This document shows, in pieces, positions 57,465 to 64,000 of a stretch of DNA of 64,000 nucleotides. Numbering within the stretch: position 1 is the first letter of the stretch; each line of letters starts with the position of its first letter. The stretch is taken from the IMG/VR virus record IMGVR_UViG_3300037541_000827. One strand, 5' to 3'. The stretch is from an uncultured virus (IMG/VR IMGVR_UViG_3300037541_000827) (Duplodnaviria; Heunggongvirae; Uroviricota; Caudoviricetes). The translations under genes and the position numbers were made by a program. The notes under the pieces are model-generated. The model saw only the letters and a list, made by a program, of their open reading frames with translations. It was not told the origin of the DNA and made no database searches.

Positions 57465-57556
57465 GTTGCGGCCATTGGTCCTGCTGGGGAGCGTGCCCGG
57501 TGGTCGCAGCCCGCGAGGGCAACACTGGCTCCGTTTCGGCGGGGCCTTTGTTGTTT
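57465..57556 (+). ncRNA. Candidate small regulatory RNA
   Basis: TAGGAT -10 at 57453-57458; GCCC-GCGA-GGGC hairpin; GGCTCCGT-TTCG-GCGGGGCC plus T-rich tail. Confidence 0.45.
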
Positions 57557-57772
57557 GCGGGAAACCGACCAACAGATCTGGACCGTAGCGGATTCGAGAT
57601 GGTATGGACCAGTGCTGTCTCAAATCTGCTGCCGCACCGTTCCCTCGCATCTGCTGCATGGCGCTATGTGGTTGTTGCGAGTGCGCTTCGTAGGGTGGCG
57701 GCGTGATCTCGCTTAGCACTTATGTTCGGTTCCAGATGGACCCGTTCCCGGCCCTCGCGGCTCAGAGCACCT

Positions 57773-58696
57773 ATGGATCAGCAGCAGCAACTGTCGCGGC
57801 CGCCAGGGTCAGAGCCCCTCACCTCTGCTGCTCGAGGCCACTGGCTGATCACTGAGCAGAGCGGCCGTGAGGTCTTGCGCTCGTTGATCGAGCAGTGGCT
57901 GGACCACAACGGCTGGAGCCTGGCTGTCACTTCACGGCTGGCTGAGCTGGCCCTGCTGGCGCGATCCTCAGAACCGATCCTGGAGTGGGTCGCTGGCATG
58001 CCTCTGCAAGCCGGCCAATGGGTCAACCACCGCGGCCATGTCTGGGAGGCAATCGGAACACCAGCCTCTGAGCCCGCAGATGACGTCCCAGGTTGGCGTG
58101 ATGTCAGCCTGAGCAGCCGCCTGCATTCCAGTGGGCTCAACCTGTTCCTGCGGCGCAAGAGCCGCATTCTGGCCAGCACGTTTTTTCTGGAGCTTGGGCG
58201 GCTGAATGAATGGGTCGCGGGCGTGCAGGCTGGCAGGCACGCGGCACCGACAGATCAGCGGCTCCGGGACTGCGTCGCCAGCGCACACGTGCTGCGCGAT
58301 CAGCAGGGCGTCTTTGGGCCCGAAGAGCTCCTGTCCATTGCCATCGGTCGCCTCACCCCGGAGCCGCTTGTCAAAAAGCAGGCAGCAGCAGAGCAAGAGA
58401 GGCCTCCGGAGTGCATCTCAGGCCGCACGCTGCGCCAGGCCGCAAGCGCCGCTGGTTTGGACATCGTTGAGGACTGGGCCCAAATCAGCGAGCTCTACCC
58501 AGGCAAGGAGCCCGAGCGGCAGAATTTTCTCCGGCAGGTGCTGCTTGGCCTCGAAACCTGGGGACCTGAGCAGGTAGAGGGTGAGCAGCTCGCCACCCAG
58601 GTGCTGCTGCAGCGCTTGGAAGATCGAAAGGCGCAGCAGCTTGCAAAGGCCTCAGCCAAGCAGAAGGGCGCGGAAACGGCGATCAGTGTCGACTGA
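57773..58696 (+). CDS. Hypothetical protein at the early-region divergence, with a CBM5/12-like insert
   Basis: MDQQQQ... ~307 aa; LexA-box-like site AGCAC-TTAT-GTTCG at 57715. Confidence 0.65.
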   Translation: MDQQQQLSRPPGSEPLTSAARGHWLITEQSGREVLRSLIEQWLDHNGWSLAVTSRLAELALLARSSEPILEWVAGMPLQAGQWVNHRGHVWEAIGTPASEPADDVPGWRDVSLSSRLHSSGLNLFLRRKSRILASTFFLELGRLNEWVAGVQAGRHAAPTDQRLRDCVASAHVLRDQQGVFGPEELLSIAIGRLTPEPLVKKQAAAEQERPPECISGRTLRQAASAAGLDIVEDWAQISELYPGKEPERQNFLRQVLLGLETWGPEQVEGEQLATQVLLQRLEDRKAQQLAKASAKQKGAETAISVD

Positions 58697-59046
58697 TCGG
58701 TGGATCGTTCAGTGGCCTGGCCTCCGGCGGGCGGCTCCATTCCATCTGGATCGGTTCTGCGCTGCTGTTTTCTGGCCTGAGCAGCAGTAGGCGCAGAGCG
58801 CTGCAGCTGAAGGCTTCTGTCAACACCTGCCGCTGTCGCCAGAAATAATCGGCGGCCGTAGCATGAAGAACTGTGACAGAGAGAACCCCCTCGCTGGTAG
58901 CCATGACGCAGCCAGGAGGGCCGTTAGGGACTTGATTCACGACGGCATGAACCGGCGACATTACGAAGTCACAATGGTGCTAGTGTTCGGTGAGTGGGTC
59001 GGTGCAGCGTAACCGATGCACTACCAACCTCTCTCGCAACAGCTCG

Positions 59047-60066
59047 ATGGATCCCAGTACCCAGCCAGGGGCGCCACCGCCGCATCCTCCACCGCCTGCC
59101 TCCGGGGCGCCGGCCGCGGCCAGTCCACAGCTCTCCCACAGGGCACTGGAAGACTTCGCCCACCGCGCCAACCAGCAGATCGGCGTTCACGACCAGCAGA
59201 TTCGCAACCAGGGGGCCGTGATTGCCCAGCTCCGTTCAGAGATCCACGTGCTGGCCGAAGCGCAAGCCCACCACGACCAGACCAGCCGCCAAGAACAAGT
59301 CTTCAAGGACGACCAGCGGCGCCGGCTGATCGAGTTCCTCAACTACGAACCGGAATGCGAACAGCAGATGCAGCTATTTGCTGCATTCGCAGCATGGCAC
59401 GCCACAGAGCCACGTTTGGTGGAAAACCGCCAGGCGGAGTACGCCACCAAGAAAGGCGGGACCATCTCCTACGGCTACGCCGATCTCGCCAGCGTCATCG
59501 CCACCGGCCAGAGCGCCGCCGCCATGGGCCTGTGCGCGGTCACCCGCCAGGAGCTGGATGACAACGGCACTCCGGTGGTTACTGGCTACCTGATCCACTC
59601 CGGCGGCGGTTGCGTCAGCAGCGGTCCCGTCCCCCTCTACATCGGCGAAAGCGATCGCCGCGGCCAGGCCCATGCCGCCGGTCTCACCACCTGCCGCCGG
59701 CTGGCCCTGCAGATGGTCCTTGGCCTTGCCGCTGAGCGTGATGACGATTTTAACGCCCCAGGCGACAGCCAGCCCCGCCATGCGCGCCAGGGCAACGGCC
59801 CACAGCAACAGCCGGTGCGGACGGGCACAACACCCTCCCGCTCCGCTCCAGGCCCAGCAGGCGCCACCCAGCGCGGCCCTGCCGCCGCAGTCCGCCAAGG
59901 CCCACCGCCTGGGTGGATCAGCAAGGACGATCGCCGCGCCCTCGAGCAGGAGTTAGCGGATCCCGCCATCACTCCGCAGCGGTTCCAGGAGATCGAGGCG
60001 AAGCTCTTTGCCGCTGATCAGTTGGCCAATAAGGCCGCGGCAGCATCACAAGGCAACGCGCCATGA
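59047..60066 (+). CDS. erf: ERF-family single-strand annealing protein
   Basis: YGYADLASV, LIHSGG, AAGLTTCRRLAL...GLAAERDDD ERF motif. Confidence 0.8.
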   Translation: MDPSTQPGAPPPHPPPPASGAPAAASPQLSHRALEDFAHRANQQIGVHDQQIRNQGAVIAQLRSEIHVLAEAQAHHDQTSRQEQVFKDDQRRRLIEFLNYEPECEQQMQLFAAFAAWHATEPRLVENRQAEYATKKGGTISYGYADLASVIATGQSAAAMGLCAVTRQELDDNGTPVVTGYLIHSGGGCVSSGPVPLYIGESDRRGQAHAAGLTTCRRLALQMVLGLAAERDDDFNAPGDSQPRHARQGNGPQQQPVRTGTTPSRSAPGPAGATQRGPAAAVRQGPPPGWISKDDRRALEQELADPAITPQRFQEIEAKLFAADQLANKAAAASQGNAP

Positions 60067-60313
60067 CAGGCACCAGGCTTTCCCCAGCACGGGGCCCCTA
60101 GGCCCTGCTGCTGGTGCTGCCGCGCTTGCGCGTGTTGTGGCCTCCCAGGTGACGCCAGCCCACTGCTCGGACCAAGCGGTGGACGCTGCTGGCCTCTCTC
60201 AAGTAACGGGCCCCATCGAGGGATCCGGTTGGCTCCAGGGCGACTGCACCGAACGGGACCGGACCAAGGCCATTTGCAGCAACACAACCTGTTTTCCCTT
60301 TCATTCCATCCCC

Positions 60314-61174
60314 ATGGACCTACCAATCAGAACCGAGGCTGACGCCGTCATCGAGCAGACTCTGCTGGGGGTGCCGCCCGTAGAGCTCACCCCCGGCCAC
60401 TTCTATGCCGTGCGCACCAATGACGGGTTCAGGACCATCAACCTGACCACGCCTGAGATGTTGAAGGTCGCCGGCTTCCCGCGGCTCGAACCTCAGGCCC
60501 ATTACGCCTTCCACGACATCCAAAGCTTCACGTCCTACGTGCTGAGCGTCTTCGACAACGACCCCGAAGGCTTAGATGATGATGCCTACCGGCCCAGGCG
60601 CAGCAGGGCCCTTTGCATCGCTGATGAAGCCAGAGAGACCATCCGGCTGATTTTCGACGCACAGCCCAACGAGTGGGGCAACGTCTACGCCGACCTGAAG
60701 CTCTTAGGCAGCTCCGAGGCGAAGCGGTGGGCGGAAGCCAGCGGCACCTACATGGCGCAGCAAGATTTCGCCGAGTTCTGTGAGATGAGCCTGGAGACCT
60801 TCTCCAGCCCAGATGCCGCCACGATCCTGGAGATCGCCCAGACCTTCCAGGCCAAGTCCACCGTCGATTTCAGCAGCGCCGTTCGGCTTTCCAATGGGGC
60901 TATCAAGTTGAAGCGGGAGGAGCAGATCAACGCCACCGCCGGGGAGCGCGCTGACATCTCCATCCCCGAGGTGCTCACCGTCGCCATGCCGTTGTTCAAG
61001 TACGGCAAGGCCTACGCCGTGAAAGCTCGCCTCCGCTACCGGATTGTGGACTCCGCCGTGAGGCTCTCTGTCCTGCTGGTGGACCCGGAGATGGCGATCG
61101 AGCACGCCTTTAAGGAAGTGGTCGACGAGGTCTCCAGCCTGTTGGGGATGCCCGTCTTCTACGGGAAGGTCTGA
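60314..61174 (+). CDS. DUF2303 (YfdQ-like) protein
   Basis: FHDIQSF...MAQQDFAEF...ILEIAQTFQA...VKARLRYRI. Confidence 0.85.
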   Translation: MDLPIRTEADAVIEQTLLGVPPVELTPGHFYAVRTNDGFRTINLTTPEMLKVAGFPRLEPQAHYAFHDIQSFTSYVLSVFDNDPEGLDDDAYRPRRSRALCIADEARETIRLIFDAQPNEWGNVYADLKLLGSSEAKRWAEASGTYMAQQDFAEFCEMSLETFSSPDAATILEIAQTFQAKSTVDFSSAVRLSNGAIKLKREEQINATAGERADISIPEVLTVAMPLFKYGKAYAVKARLRYRIVDSAVRLSVLLVDPEMAIEHAFKEVVDEVSSLLGMPVFYGKV

Positions 61175-61249
61175 ACTCTCCCAACCACCCCATCAAATCG
61201 AGCTATCCGGGATTTCCGGAGAACTGAACCTGATCCCCCCCATCTCACC

Positions 61250-61726
61250 ATGAACGCCGAGCCCATGGACACCGATATGGAAGAAGCCCTGGAGGCCTCT
61301 CCCTTCGGACAGTTCCTCTTCTCCCAGCGCAATGGCCTCACCCACACCGAGCTGTCTGAGGCCCTGGCAAAGGTCGGTGAGGCGGTGCTGGCCAACGGCG
61401 GCACCGGCACCATCACGTTGAAAATAACGGTGCAACAGCTGGGTCACGAAAACCGCCTGGTCGTAAGGGATCAGGTGAACGTGATTGCCCCCAAGCCGCC
61501 CAGGGAATCCAGCATCTGGTTCTACAACAAGGGCCAGAGAGGCTTCAGCCGCAGGGACCCCAATCAGGGGGAGCTGGAACTGGCCGTCATCCCCATGCGC
61601 CCACGGGGTGGCTCTGCGATTGCGACGGATCGCAGCGACAGCGACGGGGAGCTTCCCCAGTCGCTCAACCCCACCATGCGCCCGCGCGTCTGCACGGTCA
61701 TCGCAAGCGACAAAACCAGCGCGTGA
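61250..61726 (+). CDS. YfdP-like partner of DUF2303
   Basis: ELSEALAKVGEAV...GTITLKITV...SRRDPNQGEL. Confidence 0.7.
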   Translation: MNAEPMDTDMEEALEASPFGQFLFSQRNGLTHTELSEALAKVGEAVLANGGTGTITLKITVQQLGHENRLVVRDQVNVIAPKPPRESSIWFYNKGQRGFSRRDPNQGELELAVIPMRPRGGSAIATDRSDSDGELPQSLNPTMRPRVCTVIASDKTSA

Positions 61727-61759
61727 TCTGCATCAACCCCTCCCCTCCGCATTGCAGCC

Positions 61760-62251
61760 ATGGACTCCTCCACCGATCAGCCCATCACAGGGTTCGCCCT
61801 GTTTGCCGATGGCAGCCTCCACCTGCAGCGTGGCTACGGCCAGCAGCAGTTTCAACCCTGCTGCCCTGACCAGCTCCCGGCCAACGATTTCAAGAACTTG
61901 CTGTGGGTCATCGAGGCCGCCCTCGGCGCCTGCCACAACGAGCTTCAGCAGACCATGCCGGAATCCATCCAGTCGTTGTTGCGTGTGATGGCCCTTTGCC
62001 ACGCCAACTGGCTCTCGCTCATTGCAGGCGATCCCCCTTACCCGATCACCGGCGCGGTGTTGGTTTGGGTTCGCCCCTCTCCTATCGCGATCGATTGCAC
62101 CGAGGCCACCAATGCCAAGCCATCTAGAGGAAGCTTTTGCCAACCAGTGGTTGGTCTCCTTCCCCGGCCTGCCCTTCCACAGGGAGTTCACCCTTCCCGT
62201 GTGGGACACCTGGGCCTCGTACCAAAAGCAGGAAGGGCTGCAGTCGCGTAG
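61760..62251 (+). CDS. Hypothetical protein
   Basis: 163-aa ORF with C-rich leader; 3' end overlaps the next gene. Confidence 0.5.
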   Translation: MDSSTDQPITGFALFADGSLHLQRGYGQQQFQPCCPDQLPANDFKNLLWVIEAALGACHNELQQTMPESIQSLLRVMALCHANWLSLIAGDPPYPITGAVLVWVRPSPIAIDCTEATNAKPSRGSFCQPVVGLLPRPALPQGVHPSRVGHLGLVPKAGRAAVA

Positions 62252-62714
62252 ATCCACCTTCCGCGCTGATTTTGCCTGGCCGGATGCGCAGGTGGCCGTC
62301 GAGATCAACGGCGGCATCTGGCGGCCCGGGGGGCACTCCACAGGCCAAGGCATCACTAGGGACATCACCAAGACCATGCTCGCCCAGCTCTCCGGTTGGG
62401 TCCTCATCCCCCTTTCCGACGCACACATCTTCGATGGCACCCCCTACTGGCTCGCGCTCATTGCAGACATCATCGAGAGTCGCAGATCTGACCGTTTCAG
62501 CGGACACTCCGCCAGTGCTGCAACTAGCTGGTGTGGCCCTGGACCCCAACCAGCACATCCTCAAACCGTGGCTGACCCGTTCGCCGTTGGATCGAAACAG
62601 CATGGGCCGACCGTGCGTCGGAAAGGGCGTGCTCAACGGGATCGAGTGGATCTCCGTCAGGAACTCAAATCCCTCCGAAGCGGGCCAGGACCGGCGACTG
62701 ATTTACAACGGTAG
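62112..62714 (+). CDS. PD-(D/E)XK (DUF559/Vsr-like) endonuclease
   Basis: SHLEEAF...FRADFAWP...VAVEINGG...DITK...GW. Confidence 0.8.
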   Translation: MPSHLEEAFANQWLVSFPGLPFHREFTLPVWDTWASYQKQEGLQSRRSTFRADFAWPDAQVAVEINGGIWRPGGHSTGQGITRDITKTMLAQLSGWVLIPLSDAHIFDGTPYWLALIADIIESRRSDRFSGHSASAATSWCGPGPQPAHPQTVADPFAVGSKQHGPTVRRKGRAQRDRVDLRQELKSLRSGPGPATDLQR

Positions 62715-63132
62715 TTCGGCGCTGCTGATGCGTGCTCCACATGAACCGGAAGCCCTGCAGCAGATCACGATCAACGACGGGGACTTCACCCTCCACGCAC
62801 CCTTCCCAGGCATCAACATTCCCGAGGAGGGCCGGCACTTCCCGCCGGGGTCGCTGCAGCTGATCGTGGATGAGCACGACCGGCAGATCATCGACGTCAC
62901 CACCACCCTGCCGATTCCTGAGCGGGTGGCCACCACACCCTGCAGCGGCTGGTGCCGCAAGCAGCACATCTATTTCGATTTCGGCATGACTGAACTGGCG
63001 GTGATCTTCTTCAACAGCAACGGCTGGCCCATCGCTTGCCGTGAAAATGTCCTCAGCAACGACCTTCGCACTGGTGTTTGCTGGTGGCGCTTTGATTACA
63101 GCCGGCCCGATCCGGCGGTGGTGGTTCGATGA
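62479..63132 (+). CDS. Hypothetical protein (start uncertain)
   Basis: Protein-like frame from VADLTVS to the stop at 63132. Confidence 0.5.
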   Translation, partial: VADLTVSADTPPVLQLAGVALDPNQHILKPWLTRSPLDRNSMGRPCVGKGVLNGIEWISVRNSNPSEAGQDRRLIYNGSSALLMRAPHEPEALQQITINDGDFTLHAPFPGINIPEEGRHFPPGSLQLIVDEHDRQIIDVTTTLPIPERVATTPCSGWCRKQHIYFDFGMTELAVIFFNSNGWPIACRENVLSNDLRTGVCWWRFDYSRPDPAVVVR

Positions 63133-63280
63133 CTGATAAGTAAGTTTATACGCTTTGCGGTGTGATTCTGCTTTCTGCGTCGCTTATTGCATGGTCTCCG
63201 GAAGCCGACATAAATATTCCTTTAGCCATCGTCTCTTTTGCGTTCTTCATTGGTTCAATTGCTAGTAATGCTGACAAACC

Positions 63281-64000
63281 ATGACCACCAACCCCGAACA
63301 CATCAACCAGCTGGCCGCGATCATCCGAGAGGTTGACCGGCGTTTGCCCGCTAACTACATCGACCCCGAGCACCAAGGGGGCGATCTCAAGTTGTTGCAG
63401 ACCTTCTACCAGGCCTGCCATACCGAGGGCGGAACGGCCGATGAGATCCACCTTCGGGGTCTCCGGGCGGTGCTGGCTGCCCGTCCCGCCGCTCCCTCAG
63501 CGCCGGAACCCGTGCCCGACAAACCCGCCGATTCCCTTGCTGCTCGCCCGTTGCTGGAGAAGCTGGCCCGACTGGATGATTTGGTAGGAATAAACGTTGC
63601 CGAGGTGCGCCAGCTAGCCGATCAGGCCGCCGCGTGGCTGCGGGCGAACCCGCCAGGCCAGCCGGTAGCAATTGAGCCGCGAGGCTGCCCGTTGCCGGGG
63701 GCCTGCTCCTGCGTTGTGCCCGGCGCCCGGCCAGCGCCGGAGGTGGAAGACCTAATTCGGTGTCTACAGATTCGTGCCCATTTACTGGGCGCGGAGGGTG
63801 CGAGCCTGAGCCAACGAGGTGATGCGTACTACTTCGACCGCGCCGCCACCCTGCTCCAGCAGCGCTCCGCGCCCGCCCCGGCGGTGGCGCCGGTGGCCAC
63901 GGATAAGGAGCTGCGCAGTGTTTACAGCGGCGGTCAGTGGGGTGCCCATGGCCCCGCCCTCCGCGATGTCTACAATCTGGGCCGCAAGCACGGCCCCCCC
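63281..64000 (+). CDS. Hypothetical protein, partial
   Basis: ATG 63281 MTTNPEHINQLAAIIREVD... open to the window end. Confidence 0.6.
   Translation, partial: MTTNPEHINQLAAIIREVDRRLPANYIDPEHQGGDLKLLQTFYQACHTEGGTADEIHLRGLRAVLAARPAAPSAPEPVPDKPADSLAARPLLEKLARLDDLVGINVAEVRQLADQAAAWLRANPPGQPVAIEPRGCPLPGACSCVVPGARPAPEVEDLIRCLQIRAHLLGAEGASLSQRGDAYYFDRAATLLQQRSAPAPAVAPVATDKELRSVYSGGQWGAHGPALRDVYNLGRKHGPP

Larger units (their letters stand above)
1..64000. mobile_element. Temperate siphovirus-like cyanophage genome segment (attP apparently intact, i.e. excised/virion form)
   Basis: Tail, head, portal, terminase, integrase, replication and recombination genes fill the window; phage genes continue on both sides of the int/att region. 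Confidence 0.9.

Noticed and set aside
58683..58961. 92-aa ORF with faint DciA/DUF721 resemblance
   Set aside because: Similarity is limited to a short stretch; cannot be supported without a profile search
62137..62478. Long N-terminal extension of the 331-aa ORF as a dual-coding region
   Set aside because: Overlaps the nuclease core and reads as low-information Ser/Pro-rich off-frame sequence
1..64000. Stop-codon reassignment, rRNA/tRNA genes, photosynthesis AMGs
   Set aside because: Core genes are intact in the standard code and use all three stops; no such genes recognised

Overview
The whole 64 kb is one continuous stretch of a temperate, lambda-like long-tailed phage; no host housekeeping genes are visible. 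The host is probably a freshwater picocyanobacterium (Cyanobium/Synechococcus), judging from the high GC, frequent CGATCG, an XisA-like integrase, cyanobacterial-type LexA boxes and an RpoD-like sigma. Layout: a minus-strand tail module (0-21 kb), head genes with a DUF2213 protease and DUF2184 capsid (21-26 kb), head-accessory and fibre genes (26-36 kb), an xis/int/attP cassette inside the head region (36.5-39.5 kb), MuF, an LPD1/J-domain protein and portal (39.5-45.7 kb), sigma and LexA-like regulators, terminase, PolX, replication and ERF recombination genes (45.8-64 kb). Best candidate for an undescribed system: a repeated module (RIDA-x-KRKC-x-TGY-x-CG-xx-CIS-xx-K-x-CR, six copies in three head-region proteins). 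In the two large proteins each copy precedes a different cargo domain, and R-x-D motifs shared with protease, capsid and portal punctuate them, suggesting protease-processed, capsid-loaded effector polyproteins. Other leads: a sigma factor with beta-clamp-like motifs and TAGCCT -10 sites, an SOS-box regulon, and a possible ~90-nt sRNA complementary to cassette-gene start regions. All family assignments come from motif recognition by eye, not database searches.
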